Translations under genes and position numbers: made by a program
DNA from: Podarcis bocagei
Taxonomy: Eukaryota
DNA length: 64,000 bases
Assembly: GCA_964188305.1 (NCBI GenBank)
Contig: OZ076886.1
Strand: one strand, 5' to 3'
Notes under the pieces: generated by a model
The model's database searches: none
What the model was told of the DNA's origin: nothing
The model's input: the letters and a program-made list of their open reading frames with translations, nothing else
Part shown: positions 36,886 through 49,673 of the stretch, in pieces
Layout of the letters: every line of letters starts with the position of its first letter
Numbering within the stretch: position 1 is the stretch's first letter

Positions 36886-38587
36886 GCTTCAGCAAGATCT
36901 CAGTGTTGACCCCATCTTTGAGTGAATACAACTCTTCCTCATTTCTTTCCCACTGCCCATTCACTTGCCCTCTCCTTTTGGTCCCAATCTGTACAACCAC
37001 AAAATAATATGGTAAGTGAAGGGACCTGCGTCATCTCCTCCCTCTTGCTACTGTTTTCATGCACAGAGCAGGAAGGCAAACAGACAGTGAGAACAAAGAG
37101 GAGGAGGAACAGGAAGCTCTGTGGAGAGTGTGTTGATCTTGACAGGTAACCAAGGATGCAGACCCAAGTAGAATAGTTCCAGGTGTAGGTGGGACATGGA
37201 GAACCCTGCTCTTTCCTATGGATTCCACAGAGCCCCATCTTTCCTTACATGCCTTAGGAAGGGTGACATCATTCAAAGTTTGGGAACCCAGTTGTCAGTA
37301 TGATGCAAACAGAAAATTATTCTCCTTTCTTTCAGTATGAAGTGAAGAAAGGCCCTCCAAATGATTGCCTGAGGTTAATAGCACACTGGATGATAGAGAA
37401 TACACTAAAAGCTGAGTTCAGACAAGATAGCTATGCTGATGGTGGGTGGGCCTGCTGACCATGGAAATACACTAAAGAGGTCTAAAATCGCAGTGAATGC
37501 ATAATTGGAATAAAGGGCAAAGCCAGTCTCCATGTGGGTTTAGTTTTGGCTCTCTTCATGTTTTTTTCCATTCATCCTGGACCTCCCAAGCTACTCTGTG
37601 AACAAAGCCTGCTGGCAATATGACCAAAAGATTCAAGCTGAAATTTCTAATAATCATCAAGCTACAACTTCTAGGGTTGTGGAAACAATCATTTTTCGTT
37701 CTTCATTTTTGCCGTCTGGTGTCCTCTGCCTGCCACAGCCCCCCCCCCCCGCCTCACTGCAAATGGCAGCATGAGAACGAGACGGGGAAGCATTTGTTAT
37801 ATTTTTGTTCTTATTATTGTGTTGTCCAAATCTAGACAACAATAAAATACAACATGGGGAAAGCATATGGAAGAATATTGAAGTCTTACTTTCTGGCACC
37901 CTTGCCTTCCTTTGCTTTCTTGCAATCACTGTCATGGGGGATATTTTGTATGCTTCCCAGGTGAAGGAAGGTCATTTCCAGAAGAAGCACATATTGAACA
38001 ATGATCCTGATGTGTTTGCACAAAATTTCCACAGACGTGATACAACATCACCACCAAGGGGTTGTTATCCAGTGCTTTTTACTGTAGTTTCCCATTACTT
38101 TTCTCAAAAAAAGGTCTGTCTTTGCCTTCTTTGGCAGTAGGTTCTCTTCCTGGACTCTGAGTTTATCTGCCCCCAAATTCCCATTACTTATGATTGCCTT
38201 TTGCCCCCCCCCCCAAGGCCACATGGTTGGCTAAGTCAGGCATAGCCTCACTCTTTGTGCCAGGTGCCTTTGCCACATAAAGGGCTTTATTGCTCCCACT
38301 CAGGCAGGAAAGGAACTGGCCACCCAGCCTGGGCCCTCTCTCTAGGCCTGCTTTCAGACTCTCTAATATTGTCATAGAAGGTGGGCCTCGGAAACAATTA
38401 ATCATTGTAATGTTGTGGCCCACATCTCTCCCAGTCAAAAAAGAAAGCTTAGTCATCCTAAAAGACGGAAGTAGTAGTCGGTGAAAATCTATTGTCAGGT
38501 AGCTGAACAAAAAGATGACTTCTTAGCCTCTTCATTTAGCAAAAGCTAAATGTGCTGAATACTGAGGGTCATCACAACACTCTACAG

Positions 38588-39228
38588 CAGTGTTTCCCAA
38601 ACGTTTTTGGGCAACGGCACACCTGTTTGCTGAAAAAAAATCTCGCGGCACACCACCATTAAAGCCCCGCCCCGTGACGTCAGCGCGCAGCGTCACGCCG
38701 GGAGGGACGCACAAAAGTGAAAGTTTTTCCCCTCCCCCTTGCCGGGGAACCTCCAAGCTTTGGGCAGGCAGGCAGGCAGAGCTGGGAAGGGGGTTTCCAG
38801 GGGACACGGCAGCTCCTCGAAAGGCTTCTCTCAGCTGCGCTCAATCCTCCTCGGAGAGGATTTCCCCTCCGGTCCCATGCCTTCGTTTGGGGCATCGCTC
38901 CGGCTGCTCCCTCTCCCGCCGCGCAGGAGCGATGCCTCTCTCTGGCTCTCCCTCCGCGCAGGCTGAGGGAGGGAGGGAGGGGCGCGTGTGACCCGTCTCT
39001 GCTGGGAGACCAAACCCAGCGAGGCAGAGTCGCGCGGAGGCGCCCAGGCAGCGCTGCCGGTTGCGAGGAGGAGCGCCAGGCAGCAGCAGGAGGCGCGGCC
39101 TCTCCTCGCCGCCGCCGCCCCGCCTCTCGCCGCCCGACTCGCCCGCCTCCCTCCAGGCATCTCGCGGCACACCAGCCGATGTCTCACGGCACACTCGTGT
39201 GCCGCGGAACACCGGTTGGGAAACACTG
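38588..39228. mobile_element. GC/CpG-rich non-autonomous hAT-Charlie element (641 bp)
   Basis: TIR CAGTGTTTCCCAA / TTGGGAAACACTG; perfect TSD CTCTACAG at 38580-38587 and 39229-39236. The overlapping ORFs are GC artefacts. Confidence 0.92.
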
Positions 39229-41581
39229 CTCTACAGAAACAAAACAAAAAGAGGAGGGAAAGGTGTAAAAGGGTGTGAATGCATCTAGCCCCCACCCCAG
39301 CCCCAGCTTGTGTGCTTAATAGGTTATAATTCAATTCATATGACACTAAGAAATTGTGGTTTTTCACTCACTAAGACTTTAGCTTTGCATTAGTGAATTT
39401 GGTTTGTTTTCTTCTTATAGGAAGATACTCCCAGAATTCCCACACCTGAAAAACTGTGACTAGATGTACACATTGCCATTGACTATGGCTCCAACGCATT
39501 CTTACTGCTTGTATTTGAAGTCGCTTATACATGACGTTGGATACAAGCCATATCTATGCTGTACTGTAGTTTCTTGAGAAACACTGCTGCTCGGTACGTT
39601 TCCCCTCAAACTGTAAGTCGCCTTCACTTTGCAGTTAAGCTGAAGTGAGTACATTTGAGACAGCCATTGCCCATTGGCAGATGACAGCTTTAGGAATTGG
39701 GGGTGCTACAGGCGCGGGGAAACCAAACAGGTACCACACATCAGGTGAAGACATCCCCACCCTCTCTTTGCAAATGCAAATGCAACTTGAAAGGCAATGC
39801 AAGAAACAACCTTACTGTGTTTTAAGCCACCAATGGGTACATAGCCTTGCCGTCTGCTTGTTTCTGATGGGAAGTTCATATAATCCTCCCCATTCGTTGA
39901 GATGGGGAACTTCATATGCAATTCACTACCGATGAGTATACAATAAGCTGATGAGTCCTGTTCAGCAGCCCCTCTACTTGAAGATGGAAGCCTGCCCTGG
40001 TAAGACTGGGAAAGTGGAAGGCAGGGAGGCCAACAGCATTGACAGGCAGAGCTGACTAACTCTGCTTTCATTGGCTTCCTCCTTCCTGTTGGGTTCTACA
40101 AAGGCAACTCTGTGAGTAAGGAGGAGAATGCTCAACAGCCATTGCCACCCTCTTGGCTGGTTGTAAGTAAGAAGGCAGGAAGGCAGGGTTTGGCTGAGGG
40201 CTGGCTGATGTTGGTGTCACAGTGCGCGATTGGCTCTAGTGGGCTAAAAACCTTGCTTCTCATAAAAAAGGAAGAAACTTGACTACAATTCTTCTGTTCA
40301 AAGCTACTGTCCACCCTCATTCCTCCCCCATTATCAGAGCCCTTCCTTTTGTTGTGATTTGGTGAATTTGCACCAGTCCACCCATCTGCTACACACACAG
40401 GCAAAACTCATCTAATATGTTTTATTTGCTTCATGATTCTAGAATTCAGCTACCTCACAGTCTCATCTTACAGCTGCTCCTTCCTTCGGCCAATTCCCCC
40501 CTGCCTAATTTATTAGGGTGCATGTAGGTACGCAGAACACAAATGCAACTTCACAAACTCAACATGACTTTTAAAAGAAAATGAAGCCAAATCTGAAATT
40601 TTGGAAGGACGTATGAAGTTATGAAGACAAAGACCAGGAAAGCAAGGGACAAGGATATCATGAATTGAAATATAACAAGAGTCTGGGCACACTTTGCTAG
40701 TAGTTGTCAAAGTGATTCTAATGAGAGGAGTGGCACAATGGATTTCTCTGTAGCACCCCAAAGTATGGCATATCAGCATGATCATCTGGAACAAAGAACA
40801 CAAGCGGTTCTGCTAACACAAAACAGATGTTTTATCCCTTCCTCCCTCTCATTTTTGGTGCAGATGCAGTTCTGCCTGTACTGCTATACATTTGAGTGCG
40901 ACTCTACTTCTTACACTTCAGGATGCCTTATGCATTAATAAGCAGTCAAAGGAAAACAACTGGGGGGGGGCTGAAACTGCCTCATATTGTCCCCTTTGCT
41001 TTGGGGTTTATTTTTCATACTCCTGCTCACCAGATACATTTATTTTTGGTAACATACTTTCTTTACATTTTTATCTTTAGACTGTTTAACGTGGTTGCAC
41101 CAAGATATATCTTTTTTTACTTTAGAGCATATCACATGCAACAATGACACAAAATAAAAAAACAAAACAACAATAAACACTCAGATAAATGTTTTTGAAT
41201 ATATTAAAGTTGTGTCAAAGGGTATATGCCAAAATTATTACAATTATTACAGATATGAAATGATGTATAGTAACATGTATTGTTTAGATTGGTGACCATA
41301 AGGAAAGGTACCTTGTATTGATAACAATTAGACTTTATAGGAATTTATAGGAATTAATTTTGTTAATAATGTCAGCATTTCAGGAGTTGCACTCCTATCC
41401 ATAAAGACTACACCAACTAGAACTGAAAGGACAATTCTGGGGATGAATTTTGAGTTCATGGTGGGGGGAACTACCCCACTCTTGTTATGTTAAAAGCCCA
41501 CTGGCACACACAAACATGCAAATAGTTTAAGAAGTTAAAAGTGTATGCATGTTTATTATAGACCCTCATGCTTTCCACTGT

Positions 41582-41584
<3 letters not shown>

Positions 41585-41635
<51 letters not shown>
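41585..41635. repeat. (CT)n microsatellite
   Basis: Direct reading. Confidence 0.95.
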
Positions 41636-41638
<3 letters not shown>

Positions 41639-41886
41639 ACCAAATACTAATTAAAAAACCAAGCTCAAACTAAGAACCACTCTCTTCTGTTGGCCTAAAA
41701 ATTCTTGAAGGAACAGCTCTGAGCATGTCAGTTAACTGGTCTACTCAAAGTCAGCCTTGTTAACTTTCACTATATGCTAGCTGGTTTGAGAGAATGAAAG
41801 GAAGAAACAGGGAGAAACTGCACAACTAGGGCCAAGTAAAGTATAACATTGGGTTTTTTTCCAGCTGGAGACAGATGGGTGGGACC

Positions 41887-42337
41887 TGTCAGGAGCTTGT
41901 CCTACTCTTGAGTAGGACCCTGGCAGACACACATGCCTGACTGGCATGTTCCCTCCCTCCTGGTTGATCGTTCGGGAGCTTCAAAAGCTTTCTTCTGCCC
42001 GAACATCACAGCGACCAATGCCAACAGACATCGGCACGCTTAGGGATCCGCAGAGTCTTTGCAGCTTGCGTAACAGACCTCAGCAACTCAGCATTTTGGC
42101 TAATCTACTTTATTTACACATAAACACACACAGAGCACTGCAACATGGCTCCCTCTCTCTCTAGCATCAGACAGCAAAGAGGAAAAACAAAGGACAACAG
42201 TCCCACTTTACGGGACACAGTAACACAAACATCCTGTCTGCGTCACTTCCCATTCTGTGAAGTCAAAACATACACCATCATGTGAAAGACAACAATTCCA
42301 TGACTGCAATCACGGAGCAGGAATCCTGGCCATAACA
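41887..42337 (-). mobile_element. Probable solo LTR
   Basis: TGTCA...AACA termini, reversed AATAAA near 42110 and hairpin TCCTACTC-TT-GAGTAGGA near the left end. TSD not resolved. Confidence 0.5.
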
Positions 42338-45300
42338 CTACTTTTGGATTGAGATTGGCCAGTGAATGGGAGATTGACAGAAAAGTATCCAAGACTTTTC
42401 TCTACATTGAAATGGATTGTGGAAGGGTATGTAGGACTGGAAAATTTTGGCTTTGAGATTTTTGCAGATAACTTTTTGTAGAAAAAAAAATGCTGGCTAA
42501 TTCACTTGGTAGTGCTGAGCAATGGTTGCCCCAATAGACCAGCCTCTGTGGACTCAAGACATTATGAACTTGAAATTAATCATACATTTTATTCTTCCAT
42601 GTATGAGAAAGGGTTTTCTCAAGTGCAGAGATCTTTGAAGAGACAATAGGAATCCCCTTACTGCCAGAAAATATAAACCTCATGTTTATGGGCAAATGAA
42701 ATCCTTTCTCCTCAGTGAATGGTTTTATGGGACTTTTATGGAAAAACCAAAACGAACACACTTTAAATCATAAGCATTAAGTGAATTAGAATCACATTAC
42801 GTATATTTAAGAGGGCTGAATAAACAGCATATTAAAGATCTGAGCAAGTGGGGTTTCTGTTTTATTTTTAACTGGAATATTTCATTTAAAAGAGGATCTC
42901 TTTAGGTAGGAAGTTGACAACCATAAAAAAGCATTCTGTACATTTCTTAACGTTCTACAGATTTCATCTTCTTGCAGTAAAACAGCACCTGCCAGTCTAT
43001 AATAGCCACCCTCATAAATCTTGCAGTGCTGTTAGCCCCTTTCTCCAGGCAGGAACTGAGGTACAATATTGAGTGACTTATTCAAAGTAATCCAGGGATT
43101 ACATAGACTATTGTACAGATGATTATTTTTGTAGAGAAATGGGATGACTTTTCTCCTTAGTGTTATGCCCGTAGTTGTCATGCTCTAGCAGTAGCAAATC
43201 GATAATGGTACCAACTCAGGGAAGGGTGGGAGGGAAGGGAAGGATAGAAAGTGTACTCACTTTTTTCCTACACCTGAAGCTGCTTCCCTAATCCCATATG
43301 TGACAATTGGAATGGACTAACCCATATCACAAAGCAGCTTCTGGACTTCTAAATGAGGCACTGCTAAGAGAAAGGCATAGGCTGATTTGGGCATAACTCT
43401 AAACCACAGTTATAGCACTCTGGGAATGAGCCTGAGCAAACCTTGAATGAGTATGCTCACTCCTCAGATCTCCTCTGGCATCACTGCAAGGAGATCAGAA
43501 GCATACATTTCAACTATGGTTTTGGGAAACAAGCCAGGACTGAAAGACACAGACTGATGTTGGCCTGTTTTCATAATTATAGCTAAGGCTAAACACAGTT
43601 TGTCCAGGTTTGGACATAACAAGGAAACACAGTTAGCTGAAAATGAAAGCAAAATAGCTTCTGACCTCCTCATGGCATACCGGAATCTCATGCATGTAGC
43701 GCTAAACTATAGAGCAGCCTTCTCCAATCTGGTGTCCTCCAGATGTTTTTTATGACAAATCCCATAAGCAGTAACCAGGATGGGCAATGAATTACCAGAG
43801 CTACAATCCAAAATATCTGGAGGGCATCAGATTTGGTAAGGCTGGTTTGGTACACCTGCTGTGTAGTGCCTATGATATCAGTGGCACTTCTAATATCATA
43901 GGCACTACTCAGAAGGCGCCTCTAACTTGTTAATTTTTCAATGGCAGCAACATAGCTTTTGTAATGGGACATATTTAACTGGTGACCAGCTAAAACTGTG
44001 CCAAGACTGCACTGCTTAAGTGTGTAGACAAGGCACTGCAAGACTGAATGATCATTCATGAAAAATAGCACCCATGCACATAAAAAGCTAATATGTATGT
44101 CTGAAGACTAGACAAGAATGCAACTCTTTGTTCCTGACATTTAGTTTTCTTATGTGCAGGGAGGAGGGGTTTTTTTTACATGTCGCAAATTCCATCATCG
44201 GTTTCTCTGCCAGCCGTCTGAACAGTCCATTCATGTGACAAGCTTTTTGTCTAGATCAAGTTGGCTGGGGCTGATGGGAGTTGTAGTCCAACAACATCTG
44301 AAAGGCACCAGGTTTGGAAAGGCTGGTCTAGTGTCAGCCTTCTGCTCTATGGTTCTGGTCAACCCTCTTTCAGGCAGTGTATGTGTGGGAGCCCTGGGTG
44401 GAGTCCATAGCAGAGGGACGTGTGGCTTCTTGGAAATATCAACCACCTCCAGCCCTTTCACTGGTATGTAAAGAACTGGAGAAGGAGAAGATAAGTCTGT
44501 TGGAGCTTCCTAAGCCCTTCACAAGGTGTCCCAAGGCTAAGTAGGCCCATAAAAGGTAAATCTGTGTGGCTCTCCCTTACAACCTCTGTGCCACAGCTCG
44601 TTAGCATGGAGAAGGCAGTAATGAATTTCTTTATGAACACCGTCTCATGGTTAACACACAAGCTGAGCCCCCAGTGAAGAACTGTGAGTGACAGAGAGAC
44701 TGGGGAGGCCTAAGGAGTGATCTTGTTCAAAAGCCCCAGCGAAGCTCCAATGGGATGTAATTAAAAATGATTAAACCATCCTCCCCCTCCAGCGCTGTGT
44801 GATGTCACATAAATTCTTCCCTAACAAGTCCCAGGCTACCTTTGCCTGAGCCGCACAGTTCACAGGGGCTCCAGGAAGGAATTAAAGACACATTTGTGTT
44901 CATTTCATAAGAAGGTAATAAAGTTTCTGCAAAGCACTCTTGGCGGTCAGAGGTCAGCAGCAGTGTGTAGATTTTTATTTAAGCTTCTTATTACCAAAGG
45001 CAAATGCTCAGCCGTGTTAATCTTCCCGGGCTCTTCCTGTCCTCAAGTGCTTTTGAGGAATGAGTGGGCCTTCTTGGCTGCAAGAGAATGGAGCAGGATC
45101 TCTCAGATACAGAGCAGACGGGAGGCCTGGACTTAAAGACCCATGTGCGGCATGGGGAATATCACCACAACGCCCTCGTTTATCTCATAAACATCACCAG
45201 ACACCCCCAGAGTACCATCTCTCAGAACTGTCATAGGATCGGTCACTGACCTTTCATAACCCCAGTCCATGTCAATTGACTTGGGCTGGGCAATAAACAT

Positions 45301-46326
45301 TAGTCTCTCAGCAAAGCTCCCCTGTGACACGCCTGCTTCAACATTCACCTATTCAAGGAGAGACTGATTATACAAGCGACAAATATTGAGCTTCTATCAC
45401 ACCTAAGCCACCAATGCGAGTCAGTTATTAGCTGCTACAGCCAGTTGGCAACTGCTGCTGAAAATGCTGAGGGTGAATAGAAAATATTTGCACACCCAGA
45501 AACTTCTGTAGACTTTCGTTAGGTGGATTTGTTTCTGCTGTAACCTGGCAGTGAAACAGCTGACGCCAACGGCAGGGGTCTGTGGCATGGTGGGTATCTG
45601 CACTTTCAGAAGATAATGATCCCACCATGACAGTAGTGTAGTTTTCACACCTCCAATCACTTAATTATCAGGTTTGGGGCTAGTAAAAAATGGTAACTGC
45701 AGAATGTGCAAACAACCTAGGATAGGAGGAGGTGCAACAATGGGGCAGGTACCACTTGCTTCACTGCAGCTCCCATGCAGCATGGGCTGCTGGTGGTGGG
45801 AGTCCAATGGTTTCATGATCAGTAGGGGGAGGTATAGCAGGGAGGAGGAGGAATCTATCAAAGCTATAGAGTGAATCTGCCCTATTGAGGCACCTCCACC
45901 TGTCCTAGGATGTTTGGAAGCTGATCTCATTGGTGCTGCCAATCTTTCACTGCTGTTGTTTAATGAAAAGGAGCATCTCAGTGTGTAGTAGCTTACATTC
46001 AGCTTATGAAATATCAAGATGTGCCAAGGGGTGTGAGTGGTTGAGCCATCCCTGATGTTTTTGGCCTAACACAAAGCTAGTTAGTTAGGGCCGGCCCTAC
46101 CATGAGGTAGCAGATGCTGAGGGAAGGGGAGTTGACAGAGCTGTGCATGCAGTGTGGTTTACCTTGAGCTCCTTTAGTTAGCCTGCTACCACCAGGTACA
46201 GTGGAATATGCTGCCCCATCATTAGCATCAAAGTAAGATTGAGCTGCCAGCCTGGTCAGCTCGTGTACATGGAATGGGGGAAGGTGCCATCTTTCGTCAC
46301 TCCCCTAGATAGGTGCTTGGCATTAG

Positions 46327-46572
46327 AGCCAGTGTGGTGTAGTGGTTAAGAGCGGTAGTCTCGTAATCTGGTGAACTGGGTTCGTGTCTCCGCTCCTCCA
46401 CATGCAGCTGCTGAGTGACCTTGGGCCAGTCACACTTCTTTGAAGTCTCTCAGCCCCACTCACCTCACAGAGTGTTTGTTGTGGGGGAGGAAGGGAAAAG
46501 AGAATGTTAGCCGCTTTGAGACTCCTCAAGGGGAGTGAAAGGCGGGATATCAAATCCAAACTCTCTCTTCTT
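46327..46572 (+). mobile_element. tRNA-derived CORE SINE, near full length
   Basis: A box TGGTGTAGTGG, B-box-like GGTTCG, CORE GTGACCTTGGGCCAGTCAC and an L2-like 3' end. Confidence 0.85.
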
Positions 46573-46922
46573 GCACACATTATTCCTCTCCTTCACCTCC
46601 TCCTCCAACTCCTCCCTAATAAGAAAATGCTCATCTCCATCCAATCAACTCTTCTCTCCAACCCACTCCCAATCTTCACTCTCACATTCCCACCTTGATT
46701 AATATTTTTGCTTAAATGAGCATTCTCAAGCAAAACACTCCATTTCAACGATATCTGTGTGTGTTTTTAAAAAGACACTATCTAGAATTAGAAATTGTTC
46801 TCAGATTGATCTGTATTTCAAATATCAGTTTCCCCCTGCTGGCTTTTAAATGAGAAACGTTTTGGCAGAGTTTGTTCTGCAACATTAAGCATGATACAAT
46901 GTGTGTGCGTGTGTGTAAGCAC

Positions 46923-46927
<5 letters not shown>

Positions 46928-46971
<44 letters not shown>
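46928..46971. repeat. (AC)n microsatellite
   Basis: Direct reading. Further microsatellites at 48997-49029 (CA) and 49638-49674 (TAG). Confidence 0.95.
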
Positions 46972-46972
<1 letters not shown>

Positions 46973-47305
46973 TTCCTTTTCTAATCTAGCACAGACAAGA
47001 TTTTCAGCATCTCTGCATTTTCAGCTGAATAGAAAACACATTTTCTGAACGACTCCCAGCCTCTTACATAGGGTCTGCACAAGTAGGGTTTAATTATTCA
47101 GCCGTAAGCCAGAACTCATTTGTGAACAATTAAAGAGGCCAAACAAAAATGAGATCAGGAGAAAAAGTTATTTGTGAAATTGTTATTTCCCCCGAGTTCG
47201 TCCTCCATCCCACAGAAATACATGGACAAACTTAAAAGTCCTCCTCCTTCAGTTCTGTTCATGTTATTTTAACTTACAGTATGGTGTGCAGTTAATTCTC
47301 ATATA

Positions 47306-47539
47306 CAGTGATACCTCAGGTTAAGTCCTTAATTCATTCCGGAGGTCCGTTCTTAACCTGAAACTGTTTTTAACCTGAAGCATCACTTTAGCTAATGGGA
47401 CCTCCCACTGCCGCCGGAGCACGGTTTCTGTTCTCATCCTGAAGCAAAGCTCTTAACCCGAGGTACAATTTCTGTGTTAACGGAGTCTGTAACCTGAAGC
47501 GTATGTAACCTGAAGCGTATGTAACCCGAGGTACCACTG
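47306..47539. mobile_element. Tc1/mariner MITE
   Basis: TA|CAGTGATACCTC...GAGGTACCACTG|TA, with an internal tandem of GTAACCTGAAGCGTAT. Confidence 0.88.
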
Positions 47540-48244
47540 TACTGTGCTATCAGGAAGGTCAGAAACAGTGGAGTGCATAGATTTCAGCTTGCCCAGCAGG
47601 GACCTCCATAATGGCAAAGCCTCTATCCGCAGCAGCAGAAAGCAGAGGTGGGTGGAGGGACCTTTCATCCCAACTCCTTTCCGTGTGGTGGATTGTGGGG
47701 TTTGGACTGGTCTGCTTGAGACTGAGCTATCAGCCACATATGTCCTCATTCAAATCTTGCCTCTGTCATAAACTCACTATTTGTTTGTTTGTTCATTACA
47801 AGCAATTATAGCCAGTCTTTATTTCATTCTGCAAATTCAAGGCAGCAAACATGAGGTTCCCAGACAGCCTCCCACCCAGGCCTGATCAGACCCTGGCCAG
47901 CTTAGCTTCAGTCGGGTGGCTGTATCATGTGCCCTCATACCATGGGCCTTGGGGCTGTAATTTAGGCAAGTCACTCTCTCTGAGGCTCAGCCCCAACTGC
48001 AATATCAAGGATAATAATAACCTTATAAGGTTGTTGTAAGGATTACAATTAGATAATACACTTTGAACAACTCATGAGTGCTATCTTGACATGATATTGT
48101 GTGTGTGTGTGAAATATATTATGCCATTGACAATTATGTGATACTTATGGAGTAGGAGTTTTGCATACGTTTTTAAAGCTGATAGATTCAGAATTGGAAG
48201 TCTTTTTCTTTTCTTCTTTTTCTTTCTTTTAATTTTCATGTTTA

Positions 48245-48344
48245 TTTTTTTTAAATGATATTTATTGAAAAAAGAATTTTTTAAAAAAATTACAAAGAAA
48301 AAAGACAAAAACAGAAAACAGAAAAATAAAAATAAAAAATAAAA
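48245..48344 (-). mobile_element. Extremely 5'-truncated L1-type tail
   Basis: Poly(T) and reversed AATAAA; 15-bp TSD TAATTTTCATGTTTA at 48230-48244 and 48345-48359. Confidence 0.7.
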
Positions 48345-48993
48345 TAATTTTCATGTTTAAAATGCTTGATATTTGATGTTGATTCCTGTATATTGTTTTT
48401 TTCTTTGCCTTTCAATCTTTAATAAAAATAGTCTTTCTTAAAAAAAAAGAAAGACACTTATGTGATGCAACTGTCTCAGTGTCCAGAATTCAGTCTTTTT
48501 CCACTCCCACAGTTTCCAGGAGTGCAATTTTCATTCATTTGAATAGGGCACAACATTTCACAATTGATCTTTTCAGATGAAAATGAACATCCCCATTCAC
48601 CTTATAAATGAACACTAATTATCCTAATTTATCTTATAAAAGTGAAAATGCATTCCCAATTATGGTAATTCAGATGCCAGGTAATGTTCCACAGAACCAC
48701 ACTTGCCAATTTTGACATATGCCTGCAGGTTGGGAGAACCTGGAAGAGAACCTCAAGGACTCACATTCCTGCCACCTGCTCACCTCCGGCTTACAGACGT
48801 TCACATCCGTCTGCTTCATAATGCGCTTTACAGTATTTTGGGTATATGACAGTATATGACAAAATAATGATGCATAACTTTGTTTGAACTTGGCCACAGC
48901 TAGACACCAAGCTAGTATGCACTCTATTCTGCAATTCATTATCTCTTTCTGCAGACTAATCTTTCACCAAGTTTACTCATGGAAATTGTACAA

Positions 48994-49031
<38 letters not shown>

Positions 49032-49638
49032 AGCAAATTCAGGATCTGCCTCCTGTGAAGTGGTGTGCTTCAGTATGGGATGTTGAGTGATATACGCTAG
49101 TTCTTGATCAGGCCCCTTGTTCGAAATTGTAGCTAATGAGCACAGGATGTCCGCGTCCATTTCCAAATTGCCGGGAGAGGATAATAAAGAGTTCCAAATT
49201 AGGATAAACCCTTGATGTGGCATTATGAAGAGGTAAAAGTCTCAAGGGATTCAAGGTCAGGATTTATCAGTAAGCTTGGACTATGCAGAGCAGAAAAGCC
49301 GAACACAGCAGAATTCAGAGAATCCCTACCAGATGTGGGGATGGCATGCACAGGACTCTTAAGAATTTCACATTTTGGCTTCCTTATGACTTGTGCAGTG
49401 AATAACTTCTGCAGGGCCTGGGAGACAGAACGAGAACTTGGTATTAGAGGAGATTCCTATCACCTTTCCCACTCACCCACTGTTATTTAAACCAAAACAC
49501 TTAGCATTTTTATATTTCATCATCTTCACATACATTATCCAGGCAATCCCGAAAACAGCCCTGCAAGATGGGTCAGTATTTTTACCCTTATGCTGCAGAA
49601 GAGGGATGGAGGCTAAGACACCAAGGCTGCAATCGTAA

Positions 49639-49673
<35 letters not shown>

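Noticed and set aside
38532-39367. Cluster of overlapping long ORFs and a CpG island read as a gene start
   Set aside because: They coincide with a TIR/TSD-bounded hAT element and are explained by high GC content.
46327-46400. tRNA gene
   Set aside because: It is the tRNA-derived head of a CORE SINE and continues into SINE body; the same applies to 27525 and 54763.
48784-48939. Minus-strand exon ending at a GAG|GTGAGC donor
   Set aside because: No clear acceptor and no recognisable peptide; insufficient support.
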